Shown: piece by piece, positions 1 to 8,103 of the stretch | Layout of the letters: the number at the start of each line of letters is the position of its first letter | Numbering within the stretch: the first letter of the stretch is position 1 | Assembly: GCA_020631995.1 (NCBI GenBank) | Contig: JACKGJ010000002.1 | Location: 90,773-154,772, forward strand | DNA: 64,000 nt | Direction: 5' to 3' | Source of the DNA: Candidatus Nomurabacteria bacterium | Lineage (GTDB): Bacteria; Patescibacteriota; Minisyncoccia; Phycocordibacterales; UBA918 | Translations under genes and position numbers: made by a program | The notes under the pieces: model-generated | Told to the model about the DNA's origin: nothing | Databases searched by the model: none | Seen by the model: only the letters and a program-made list of their open reading frames with translations

Positions 1-726
1 GTCTTAGTGTTTCCTGCGAGCTCACGAAGTTTCTGGTTGTTATAGGTATCAACGTCGGCGTTGTGGGTATAGAGTTTAGTTGGTTCTATATTTTCATACG
101 AAATACTGGTTTGTTCAGAGAGTAGTGTGTAGTGGTCTTCTTCGACTTGATTAAGACGAATAGATTTCAAAAGTCCCAAGAAGAGATTATCTTCCTGGCG
201 GTGTTGCTCAGAGAGGTAGCAAGTGAGTAGTTGCGCATCACTCCAAGCTCTTGACTGGAAGCTATAGAGCATTGAGTCGCCTCGGCGTGTCACTGGTGGC
301 AACTGAAAAAAGTCACCCACGAAGACCACCTGTATTCCACCAAATGGTTCTTCGCGTTGGCGCACAGTCTTTAAAACCAGATTCACCATATCAAGAATCT
401 TGCCGTCGAGCATTGAAACTTCATCAATAACTAAGACATTGGCCTTTTTGGCGCGACGAGAAACTTTTTCATTAGTCGAAATTTTGTCTAGGTCGTACGG
501 AGTCAGAGTGTCGCGTATACCAATACCACTCCAGGAATGGATAGTCATACCACCTATATGTGTGGCAGCGATACCGGTTGAGGCGGTGACAGCTACCGAC
601 AAGCCCGCTGCTTCGAGCCAAGCAATGTACTGGTTGATTACATAAGTCTTCCCTGCTCCGGGTTCACCAGTTAAAAAAACATTAGCGCCGGTCTTTAAAA
701 TATCGAGAGCTGCATTTTGGGTCATT
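1..726 (-). CDS. PIF1/RecD-like P-loop DNA helicase, N-terminal part (gene runs off the left edge)
   Basis: Own reverse translation from ATG at 724-726: MTQNAALDILKTGANVFLTGEPGAGKTYVINQ (Walker A), then ANVLVIDEVSMLDGK (Walker B-like) and FVGDFFQLPPV. This is the motif order of PIF1/RecD-type helicases. It is absent from the ORF track because no stop lies in the window. Confidence 0.7.
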
Positions 727-775
727 GGGTATAAGTTTACCATTTCAGAGTGACTTACGGATATAATGAAACAAA

Positions 776-2524
776 ATGAGTTCCAGTGTACATACACATT
801 CAAAGGTGCAAGAAAAAACCACGCGAGAGCCACTCGGGCATTTAGTGTTGTCTCACGCTCTTAAGGATGCTGGTTTTAAGGGTGAGGTATTGAGTGATAA
901 AAAGACCTTAGAGCTATACGCTACAGACGAAAGTGTTTTCAGTATTAATCCTCAGTTGGTACTTCGCCCGCTTGATAGACGTGATGTAGAGGTGGCTGTG
1001 AATGTGATAGCAGAGCAGACCAAAAGCTTCCCTGGTCTTTCCTTAACGCCCCGTGCCGCTGGTACTGGGCTAGGTGGCGGTTCGCTCACTGATTCAGTAG
1101 TGATAGATATCAAGGAACACCTAAATCAGATAGATAGAATTTCCAAAGTAGGAAGCAAGGTCACTTTTACCGCTGGTCCTGGAGCGATGTGGCGTGATGT
1201 GGAGAAGGAGCTTAAAAAATACGACCGTTATCTTCCCTGCTATCCGGCTTCTAAACAAATCTGTACAGTCGGTGGTGCTGTTGCAAATAATGCCGCTGGT
1301 CCAGACTCACTGCGCTTTGGGCATGTGGCTGATTGGGTAGAGTCGCTTGAAGTCGTTTTGAAGGATGGAAAAACCTACGACGTTAAACCGCTTTCATATA
1401 AGGAATTTCGCAAACTCATAAAGCAAAAGAATGCTCTTGGTGAGATCGCTAAACAAGTCTTTGAGCTAGTTGAATCAAATGAAGAAACCATTAAGAGGGC
1501 CAAGCCGAAAACTTCTAAGAATAGTGCAGGTTATGCGCTTTGGAATGTGGTGACTCCGTCAGTGGCGGAATTTAAGAAAGGTAAAGGTACTTTTGATCTC
1601 ACCCGGATATTCTCTGGCGGACAAGGCACTATCGGTATCATTACCTCACTCACTATGCGGACTGAGCCAATTCACCACGACACTTCCCTAATAGCCGTAC
1701 CAGTTTTCAATCTATCCAATGCCAGTCGCGTAGTTATAGAGGCACTTAAGTACAACCCTATAAACGTAGAAGTCTTCGATGCTCTTACTTACGACGCAGC
1801 GATGCAAAACCCACAGTTCTTCCGTGACCGACTACCAAGCCTCAGCTACTACCGTGTACTGCTCTCTATGTACACTACCTATCACGTTAGATGGCGACGC
1901 AAACTTCCAGAGTTTGTTTTGCTGATTACTCTTGATAACGCTTCTTTAAAGGAATTAAAGAAGCCGATGACTGAAGTGATTGAGGCACTACGAGTGCGCG
2001 GTGGTCCTTCGGCCCGATTGATCCAAAACCCAAATGAACGAGAAATGTTTTGGCAGGTTCGTGACGGTAGTTACCTACTTTCAAAACTACTTGACCCTAA
2101 CAAGCGTCCAGCTGCATTCCTTGAGGATATGACAGTTCCACCTGAGCATATGGCCAAGTTCTTTTCTGATATCAAGTACCTACTCAAGAAATATAATGTA
2201 ACGGCGGCAGTACACGGACATGGTGGTAACGCCCATTTTCACTTCTATCCCCTACTCGATTTCACTAACCGCACTACTCCAGCTTTAATAGTGAAAATGT
2301 CGGAAGAATTCTTTAATGTGGCAGTGAAGTATGGTGGAAACATATGTGGTGAACATAACGACGGAATTATTCGCACACCACATTTATCTAAGATGTTTTC
2401 TAAGAACGCCATCAAGCTCTTTGAAGAAACTGAACACATCTTTGATCCTGATGACATCTTTAACCCTGGTAAAAAGGTCCATCCTCGTTTTGATATAAAA
2501 AGTTCGATTAGGAAGGTGAATTGA
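776..2524 (+). CDS. FAD-binding oxidoreductase (GlcD / D-lactate dehydrogenase-like)
   Basis: 582-aa ORF with an FAD-binding region (PRAAGTGLGGGS) and a C-terminal FAD-linked oxidase signature (HGHGGNAHFHFYP, GEHNDG). Confidence 0.75.
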   Translation: MSSSVHTHSKVQEKTTREPLGHLVLSHALKDAGFKGEVLSDKKTLELYATDESVFSINPQLVLRPLDRRDVEVAVNVIAEQTKSFPGLSLTPRAAGTGLGGGSLTDSVVIDIKEHLNQIDRISKVGSKVTFTAGPGAMWRDVEKELKKYDRYLPCYPASKQICTVGGAVANNAAGPDSLRFGHVADWVESLEVVLKDGKTYDVKPLSYKEFRKLIKQKNALGEIAKQVFELVESNEETIKRAKPKTSKNSAGYALWNVVTPSVAEFKKGKGTFDLTRIFSGGQGTIGIITSLTMRTEPIHHDTSLIAVPVFNLSNASRVVIEALKYNPINVEVFDALTYDAAMQNPQFFRDRLPSLSYYRVLLSMYTTYHVRWRRKLPEFVLLITLDNASLKELKKPMTEVIEALRVRGGPSARLIQNPNEREMFWQVRDGSYLLSKLLDPNKRPAAFLEDMTVPPEHMAKFFSDIKYLLKKYNVTAAVHGHGGNAHFHFYPLLDFTNRTTPALIVKMSEEFFNVAVKYGGNICGEHNDGIIRTPHLSKMFSKNAIKLFEETEHIFDPDDIFNPGKKVHPRFDIKSSIRKVN

Positions 2525-2599
2525 GGGTCTGAACTTTTGACATCTCCCTAAACTATAGTATAATTTTGGAAGATTATTTACGAAACAGGGAGTGTTCTC

Positions 2600-2962
2600 A
2601 TGAATCGATCCGTACTTACGCTGGTGCTTAGCATCAGTTTTTCGCCCGCTGTCTTGGCAGAGGACTTCCACTGCCCGGTTGCATCTTGTTCGGGGATACG
2701 CCAAAACGGGAAAGGACTAGACATTGCTGTTGCAAAAGCCACTTTTGTCCACGCTGTCGAATCTGGTGAAGTCATCTTCGCTGATCGCCTCAAGCAGCAT
2801 GGTATGACCATCATCATCCGCCACAACAACGGAGGATATTCCTCCTATGGTCAGCTGGAGACTTTCCTTGTAGGGACAGGCGTTCGTGTAGGTCAAGGAA
2901 AGAAAATTGCAGTAAAATTGCCTGGCCCACCACTCTACTTCGAGTTGACTCAGCTGGAGTAA
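2600..2962 (+). CDS. Secreted LytM/M23-domain protein, probably non-catalytic
   Basis: Signal-like N-terminus MNRSVLTLVLSISFSPAVLA. M23 fold pattern IIIRHNNGGYSSYGQL...GQGKKIA...LYFEL. The expected HxxxD and HxH zinc ligands read GLD and PLYFE. Confidence 0.6.
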   Translation: MNRSVLTLVLSISFSPAVLAEDFHCPVASCSGIRQNGKGLDIAVAKATFVHAVESGEVIFADRLKQHGMTIIIRHNNGGYSSYGQLETFLVGTGVRVGQGKKIAVKLPGPPLYFELTQLE

Positions 2963-3016
2963 TGATTCTCGCCACCATTGTGAGGCTACAATCCCTCAGT
3001 TGGTGAATACAAAAGT

Positions 3017-3050
3017 GCCCTCTTGATGCTTATCTTGAGGGCCTTTTCTT
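3017..3050 (+). terminator. Rho-independent terminator after the LytM gene
   Basis: Stem GCCCTC (3017-3022) / GAGGGC (3037-3042) followed by CTTTTCTT. Confidence 0.55.
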
Positions 3051-3058
3051 ATAATACC

Positions 3059-3078
3059 AGTTAGTCAGGATTGGAATC
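3059..3078 (+). repeat. Cassette-junction repeat R1 (right-hand 20 nt only)
   Basis: AGTTAGTCAGGATTGGAATC matches 18/20 of the right part of R2. The left GTGACCCT part is absent. Confidence 0.7.
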
Positions 3079-3164
3079 TTTAAATTAAGAAAAAATTGAG
3101 ATGTATTCCCAAAACGATAAATTTATGACATAAATACCCTGGATTAATATACGGAGGTTAACCA

Positions 3165-3803
3165 ATGCTAACAGCTTTTGCCTTCAAATGGAGGTTGACG
3201 GGCTTGATTGCAAAACTACTCTGGAGGAACATAGAATGCGGATACCTCGTTCGTGTGGCGAATAGACGAGGTGAACATATTCAATGTTTGGTTAATTGTG
3301 TGGGATACGAGTTTGTTTCAAGAGAGTCACGAATCACTAGGGTTGGCTATCACACACAATCCAGACCGGGGTACGCTGTAAATGTAAACGGAGAACGAAC
3401 TTCAGATATATGCTGGGAGGCTCCTGTTTGTATTACAGTCTATTGCGAGGATAAACCCCTATTGGGTTTTGCAGTAGAATTCCGTGGACCTGTTCTTTGT
3501 ATACGACAGTTACAAGGTGTTCCAGGCGTAAATATTCCCGAAGCTTTGCGCAAGTGGCCAGCTTTGTTTGTGTATGGAGCAAAGAACTTTCTCTACAATA
3601 CTGAAGAAATTAGTTCAATGCGCCTATATACAGCTGATCAGCGTCCATCTTACGAATATCCTGCAACTGACTTCTCAGAAACTGAATTGCAAGATTACCG
3701 ACGCAACCTACGCAGACGATATGATGGAACCGCTCGTCAACAAGGGTTTAAAAGAAAAGGTCATAAGTTCTGGTGGTGGGATTTGTCTCTAGTCCCGAAG
3801 TAA
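3165..3803 (+). CDS. Hypothetical protein (cassette 1)
   Basis: 212-aa ORF with ACGGAGG SD-like sequence 7 nt upstream of the ATG and its own terminator at 3824-3861. No family confidently recognised. Confidence 0.55.
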   Translation: MLTAFAFKWRLTGLIAKLLWRNIECGYLVRVANRRGEHIQCLVNCVGYEFVSRESRITRVGYHTQSRPGYAVNVNGERTSDICWEAPVCITVYCEDKPLLGFAVEFRGPVLCIRQLQGVPGVNIPEALRKWPALFVYGAKNFLYNTEEISSMRLYTADQRPSYEYPATDFSETELQDYRRNLRRRYDGTARQQGFKRKGHKFWWWDLSLVPK

Positions 3804-3823
3804 CCGGCGCAATCGCCACTCAT

Positions 3824-3861
3824 AAAATCGCCACCCGCGATTCTGGGTGGCGATTTTCATT
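3824..3861 (+). terminator. Rho-independent terminator of cassette 1
   Basis: AAAATCGCCACCC / GGGTGGCGATTTT perfect stem with an 8-nt loop and a T-run. Confidence 0.7.
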
Positions 3862-3880
3862 TTCCAAGTTGGACTAATCT

Positions 3881-3907
3881 GTGACCCTAGTTAGTCGGGA
3901 TTGGAAC
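3881..3907 (+). repeat. Cassette-junction repeat R2
   Basis: GTGACCCTAGTTAGTCGGGATTGGAAC. It lies between two convergent terminators. Confidence 0.8.
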
Positions 3908-3938
3908 TTTATATACAAACAAATCTTAGTTTTGAGAT

Positions 3939-3988
3939 AAAAAAGCAGCCCACAAAACGTGTCTATGGGACTTACGCTTTGTGGGCTG
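3939..3988 (-). terminator. Rho-independent terminator of cassette 2
   Basis: On the minus strand, CAGCCCACAAA / TTTGTGGGCTG forms an 11-bp stem followed by TTTTTT. A homologous copy lies at 42573-42620. Confidence 0.65.
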
Positions 3989-3990
3989 TA

Positions 3991-4344
3991 TCAGCCGATT
4001 GGCTTGTGTTCGACAAACCCGCTGTGTTCGAACGGACGAATCCAGATGCCGAAATTGATGTGGTTGAGGTCACAAGAATTGCCGAAATCGGCCTTCAGGG
4101 CTTGCTTGTGCACATCGACTTCCCCGACAGTTCTCGATCCTGTGTCGATGACAAATTCGAGTCGCAGGATATTGTCTGCAAGATCCGCATCTTCGGCTGC
4201 AATCGGTTTCGGAATCACAGCAATATCTTCCATGCTGTAGCCGAGCTGTTGCGAGACCAGTTCGCGAAACTTCGTCTTGTTCTCCTTCAGGATGGCACGA
4301 ACTTCATTGTCGTCTGCCCGAAAGAGGGGGTAAATGTGTGGCAT
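3991..4344 (-). CDS. Hypothetical protein (cassette 2), 117 aa from the internal ATG
   Basis: I prefer the ATG at 4342-4344 because AGGAAGGAG sits just upstream. The protein starts MPHIYPLFRADDNEV. An N-terminal Met-Pro is reminiscent of the tautomerase superfamily, but this is only a guess. A terminator lies on the same strand. Confidence 0.5.
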   Translation of the reverse strand: MPHIYPLFRADDNEVRAILKENKTKFRELVSQQLGYSMEDIAVIPKPIAAEDADLADNILRLEFVIDTGSRTVGEVDVHKQALKADFGNSCDLNHINFGIWIRPFEHSGFVEHKPIG

Positions 4345-4411
4345 GTCTGACTCCTTCCTATAATAAGAACGTATGTTGAAATAGTACACGTTAAATACAC
4401 TTTGTCAAGTT

Positions 4412-4438
4412 GTGACCCTCGTTAGTAACGATTGGAAC
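4412..4438 (+). repeat. Cassette-junction repeat R3
   Basis: GTGACCCTCGTTAGTAACGATTGGAAC, 23/27 identical to R2. On the minus strand it directly abuts TTGACA (-35) of cassette 2. Confidence 0.75.
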
Positions 4439-4465
4439 CGTATTTATCAAAATTTGATTAAAGTA

Positions 4466-4500
4466 AAAGAAAAACTCGCCCGGGTCGAAACCCGAGCGAG
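4466..4500 (-). terminator. Rho-independent terminator of cassette 3
   Basis: CTCGCCCGGGT / ACCCGAGCGAG stem (10/11 paired), CGAA loop, T-run on the minus strand. Confidence 0.65.
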
Positions 4501-4516
4501 GCGCTGAACACGAGGA

Positions 4517-4813
4517 TCAGCTGATCTTGAAGTTGCCGAAGCGCTTGCCGTTACGCATCCAGTACCGAGCCTCGAAGGAAATCGGCTTGGCAGGATCAGT
4601 CATGATCTCGCCATCGATAGTCCAATTGCGACGACCGGAATCGTGGTTGCGAATGCCCCAGATGCGGACAGGGGTCTCGTTGTGCTGGTTCTCCAGCCGG
4701 AAGAAAACTTCCGAGCCTTCAAACACCGCAAACATCAGAGACGTCCGATCGGGACCGTTGACGATGGCAGCACCATCGTAGCGTTCAAGCACTTCCTTGT
4801 CAGAGGTGAACAT
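4517..4813 (-). CDS. Hypothetical protein (cassette 3), 98 aa from the internal ATG
   Basis: ATG at 4811-4813 preceded by GAAAGGAAG. The protein starts MFTSDKEVLERYDG. Terminator on the same strand. The longer track ORF (to 4918) would run into the promoter region. Confidence 0.5.
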   Translation of the reverse strand: MFTSDKEVLERYDGAAIVNGPDRTSLMFAVFEGSEVFFRLENQHNETPVRIWGIRNHDSGRRNWTIDGEIMTDPAKPISFEARYWMRNGKRFGNFKIS

Positions 4814-4921
4814 TACGTTCTTCCTTTCTTCAAGATTGGGAGTGGCATTACGCCTGTCTCCACATCCGCAGGTGCGAGATGCAAATGGAAAATACCACAA
4901 TAATAGTGATTGTGTCAACTC

Positions 4922-4948
4922 GTGACCTTAGTTAGTCGGGATTGGAAC
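4922..4948 (+). repeat. Cassette-junction repeat R4
   Basis: GTGACCTTAGTTAGTCGGGATTGGAAC, 26/27 identical to R2. On the minus strand it abuts TTGACA of cassette 3. Confidence 0.8.
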
Positions 4949-5063
4949 CAGCTAATTAACCAAGTTAGGTTGGCAACCCTAGATTTAAGACAGTAGATAG
5001 ACATATTTCCATAGGTATTGTAGTGTTGCGATACCCTCAGAAATCAGTGAAAGGAGTATTTCA

Positions 5064-5636
5064 ATGGGTACTGTACATCTGACAAACGGCCACCACGGCC
5101 TGTATATCAGTAACGACAAGATCGACCTCAAGCAACGGGTTCTTCTCACTCAGGCAATGCTCGAGCGTCCCATCTTCATCCGCGGCGAACGTTGGGGAAG
5201 CCCGATGCAAGATGTCATTCGCGGTGCTCTTCAGGGCTTGATGGATTTGAAAGGCTTCAATGCCGCCGTCTCCTATCTCACTGTTGAACATGACGGCGTT
5301 CTTCACATCTCGACACCAAAGCGTGTGTGGTGCGAGATCTCTCTGGAGACTCCATGGGAAATCGCTCTTGGTTTCTCCCACGACTCGAGGTATCGCAATC
5401 ACCCCTTCACCACCCTACTCCAATGGCTGGAAGAGGAGTATCCGGCTGGCGAACTGCCCTACAATGAGTTCAAGCAATTCTGCTTCGGTTGGGTGTCTCC
5501 TGAGAAGTGGCGTGAGTTCTTTGAGCACAGGATCCAGAAGAAGGTCGAGACTATGCGATCCAAGGCCAATACCCTGCGCCATGAGGCACAAGGAATGACT
5601 GAACGGGCAAACTCTATCGAAGCCATACTCGGCTAA
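5064..5636 (+). CDS. Hypothetical protein (cassette 4)
   Basis: 190-aa ORF with GAAAGGAG SD 8 nt upstream of the ATG, visibly G+C-rich. No family recognised. Confidence 0.55.
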   Translation: MGTVHLTNGHHGLYISNDKIDLKQRVLLTQAMLERPIFIRGERWGSPMQDVIRGALQGLMDLKGFNAAVSYLTVEHDGVLHISTPKRVWCEISLETPWEIALGFSHDSRYRNHPFTTLLQWLEEEYPAGELPYNEFKQFCFGWVSPEKWREFFEHRIQKKVETMRSKANTLRHEAQGMTERANSIEAILG

Positions 5637-5738
5637 CGACACGGTCCACTGACAAAAGGAAAGGCACATCAGCCTCCGTGTCGGTGGGCCTTTTCTTTTT
5701 ACTAGCTTTTTCTATAAATAAGAGTAGATTAGCGTCCA

Positions 5739-6137
5739 ATGTCTACCGGAATGAAAGTGGTGGGAGTTATTGGGACTGTGATTGTCTTGTCCTTAGGTGT
5801 CTCTGCGGTTGAACCTACCACTTCAACTACTCCCCCACTAAACACTGCTACTGGGGCAGTTAAGATTGAGTCCAAGTCGGAAACCAAACAAGAAGCAAAA
5901 GCTGACGAGCCAGAACCTGCAATTAAGCCGGTAGAAAAACCTAAAACTACCCCAGCGACACCTAAACCAACCTCAAGTTGTCACCCAAGTTACTCAGGCT
6001 GTCTCAAAATGAATGCTGGTGATTATGACTGTGCCGGAGGCTCAGGAAACGGTCCAAATTATACTGGCACGGTCCAAGTCTACGGCTCCGACCCATTTGA
6101 CTTAGATAGAGATAACGATGGTTGGGGGTGTGAGTAG
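5739..6137 (+). CDS. Secreted Excalibur calcium-binding domain protein
   Basis: N-terminal TM/signal segment, Pro/Thr-rich linker, and C-terminal CHPSYSGCL...DYDCAGGSGNGPNY...DPFDLDRDNDGWGCE, the Excalibur DxDxDGxxCE signature. Confidence 0.7.
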   Translation: MSTGMKVVGVIGTVIVLSLGVSAVEPTTSTTPPLNTATGAVKIESKSETKQEAKADEPEPAIKPVEKPKTTPATPKPTSSCHPSYSGCLKMNAGDYDCAGGSGNGPNYTGTVQVYGSDPFDLDRDNDGWGCE

Positions 6138-7277
6138 TTAGAACCAACTTTTAAAGAAAGAAATTATTTTCTTAAAGAAACTTTCTTTCACAACACCTAA
6201 ATCTTCTTGATTGGTGTCAGTGTCACTGCTTGTTGATACTTCAGTTGTTTCCACTTCGTCAATCATTTCTTGTTCTCCCCTAGGCACTTCTTCCTTCAAT
6301 GTTTCATCAGTTTGTACTTCTTGCTCAACAGTAGCCTGTTTAGGGGTTGTTTGCGGTGGAGTGTAAGTTTGTGTTGACTGGAAGTAGTAGGAATAATCTT
6401 CTTCCTCCTCAGGTTCAGGAAACGAATCATCGTAAGTTTTTTCCTTATGCATGATTGAGCAGGTTTGGCTGTGGTCTTGAAGGACCACCGTATCAAATGT
6501 ATCAACGCTATAGTCTGTTCCTAAATTCACAACTAAATTTTTACCTCGATATCTCTCAATTGATGTGCTCAGACAGCCAACACCTACACGCACGATGTAT
6601 TTTGAGTAATCATAGTCACTTTTAATCAAAAGTTCCTTGTCATTTTCGGGATTTATATCAAGAAGTTTGAAGTAGACATTATTTTGTTTTTCAACACACT
6701 GATAATCGTCGTCAAACGTATACCCACTATCACACTCACATTTATTGCTTAAGCTATCGTAAGAAGATCTGTAGCCATGATCACTACGACAAACCTGGTT
6801 AGCATTAGTACATTGTTGATCTCCAAACATATTGGTATCAAAAATGTAACCATAACTACACTCACAAGTATCTGAAAGCGAGTCGTATCGTGACATGATT
6901 CCGTACTCGTCATGACAAGCAGAATCACCTGAAACACATTGTGTCTGTCCAGAATAATTTTTGCCAAAGACATATCCGTAACCACATTCACATCCTCCTG
7001 AGTAGTTTGCTCTTGCGTTAAATCCGTATTGATCTTGACAAGCTTGTGTCTCAGAGATGCAGTAAGAATTTCCAAGTACCCCCTCGCCCATCACGTAGCC
7101 TGACATACATTTACAGTACCCACCACTTTCATAGGCCATAATCCCATAATCACTGCAGGAAGAGCCATACTGGGCTTGCGCATCGTGAGTTAGTAATAAA
7201 AAGCCACCAAAAACAATGGTGGTTCCAAAGAGTGCAAAAATGATGGCTGGCTGAGCCAATTTTAGTAAGTTTTTCAT
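6138..7277 (-). CDS. Membrane-anchored Cys-rich repeat protein
   Basis: Start taken at MKNLLKLAQPAIIFALFG (ATG 7275-7277). Four tandem modules of the type C..(Y/H)G......S....C.C..GY.F, for example SCSDYGIMAYESGGYCKCMSGYVMG and SACHDEYGIMSRYDSLSDTCECSYGYIFD. Acidic C-terminal tail. Confidence 0.65.
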   Translation of the reverse strand: MKNLLKLAQPAIIFALFGTTIVFGGFLLLTHDAQAQYGSSCSDYGIMAYESGGYCKCMSGYVMGEGVLGNSYCISETQACQDQYGFNARANYSGGCECGYGYVFGKNYSGQTQCVSGDSACHDEYGIMSRYDSLSDTCECSYGYIFDTNMFGDQQCTNANQVCRSDHGYRSSYDSLSNKCECDSGYTFDDDYQCVEKQNNVYFKLLDINPENDKELLIKSDYDYSKYIVRVGVGCLSTSIERYRGKNLVVNLGTDYSVDTFDTVVLQDHSQTCSIMHKEKTYDDSFPEPEEEEDYSYYFQSTQTYTPPQTTPKQATVEQEVQTDETLKEEVPRGEQEMIDEVETTEVSTSSDTDTNQEDLGVVKESFFKKIISFFKSWF

Positions 7278-7624
7278 TGAGATTAAAATAGCACTAAAAG
7301 TGTAAAAGTCTAGGTTGTAGAACAGATGAAACTTGTCTGGTTGCATGGCTGGACCTTTGACTCCGTATAAGTGGCGGTTAAGAAAACCGGTACTAGAGAT
7401 TTTGTAAATAACCGTTCTTGTTGGTTAAAGGTAAATTTTTTGTGTATTAGCATTATTTTCACAAAGAACAACCCACCCCTGTGGATAACTCAGAATGGTG
7501 CAGTTTTCCCTTCCAGAAAATACGGCTTAGATAAGGGCTTTTTGCGTAAAAGTTTGATTTTAATGTTTCGAGCTTAAATTTATACCATTTTTAAGCCGTG
7601 TTTAAATATAAGTAGATAGCATTT

Positions 7625-7716
7625 TGTGCAGGCGTCGTGATTTTCACGGCAAGTTATTGCCGTAGAGCTGATCACTGTTGGGGCAAATGCCCCAACGAAA
7701 TCGTGACGCCTGCACA
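7625..7716 (+). ncRNA. Candidate structured RNA, three-way junction, unclassified
   Basis: 19-bp closing stem 7625-7643 / 7698-7716, including two G.U pairs that work only on the plus strand. Hairpins ACGGCAA/TTGCCGT (7646-7663) and GTTGGGGC/GCCCCAAC (7677-7696). Confidence 0.3.
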
Positions 7717-7810
7717 GTACACTATCTGCCCTCTTTACAGATTAACAGGAAAAGGTCGACTGTCATGTCTGTTTTCCACAGGGCTTTAAAAGTATCATTT
7801 TGTTCTTAGT

Positions 7811-7978
7811 ATGACAAATAAACGTTTTCGCGGACTTCGCCCACTAAAACCATTGGATAGAATGCAAAACATGCGGACAATGAGACCAATGGGAGCAAAG
7901 AAGTGGGTTAAGGCTCACTGGAGATGGGACTATGACCGACGGCAGTGGGAATGGGTAACGGGACATTGGAGTAGATAA
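7811..7978 (+). CDS. Small basic Trp-rich protein (55 aa), YXWGXW-repeat-like
   Basis: Own translation: MTNKRFRGLRPLKPLDRMQNMRTMRPMGAKKWVKAHWRWDYDRRQWEWVTGHWSR. It is below the track length cut-off. A GCCGA/TCGGC hairpin plus TATTTTCTT follows near 8041-8067. Confidence 0.4.
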   Translation: MTNKRFRGLRPLKPLDRMQNMRTMRPMGAKKWVKAHWRWDYDRRQWEWVTGHWSR

Positions 7979-8103
7979 TATCGTTGTGGTCACAAGTTAC
8001 TAAGTATAATCGTGCATTTCATGCAGATTATACTAAGTACTTGCCGACCCCGCCTCGGCTATTTTCTTCACTAGGAAGGGTTCAGAAAATTATGCCTGCG
8101 GCC

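Noticed and set aside
3901-4903. Plus-strand ORFs 3901-4350, 3959-4240, 4527-4781 and 4643-4903 inside cassettes 2 and 3
   Set aside because: The terminator orientation (T-runs on the minus strand), the SD sequences and the TTGACA promoters all support the minus-strand ORFs.
3059-4948. CRISPR array interpretation of the 27-nt repeats. Their length and the ATTGGAAC-like 3' end resemble CRISPR repeats.
   Set aside because: The intervals are 500-830 bp and each contains a complete gene with promoter, SD and terminator. There are only four copies, no cas genes in the window, and the repeat has no internal palindrome.
3059-4948. Classical integron cassette array with attC sites
   Set aside because: No intI or attI in the window. 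The repeat is 27 nt, shorter than the roughly 57 nt of the smallest attC sites I know of, and lacks the paired inverted core sites. GTTAGTC deviates from GTTRRRY. The cassettes are in both orientations with their own promoters. The analogy is kept only as a concept in the findings.
7480-7488. Perfect DnaA box TGTGGATAA, with a second TTATCCACA at 29169-29177, as hints of a replication origin
   Set aside because: These are single isolated boxes. There is no dnaA or dnaN nearby, no AT-rich unwinding element and no box cluster. About one perfect 9-mer is expected by chance in 128 kb of two-strand sequence.
7625-7716. Type III hammerhead ribozyme
   Set aside because: The core reads CUGAUCA instead of CUGAUGA, so the invariant G8 is lost. 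The junction strands are 4-6 nt longer than canonical. It is reported only as an unclassified three-way junction.
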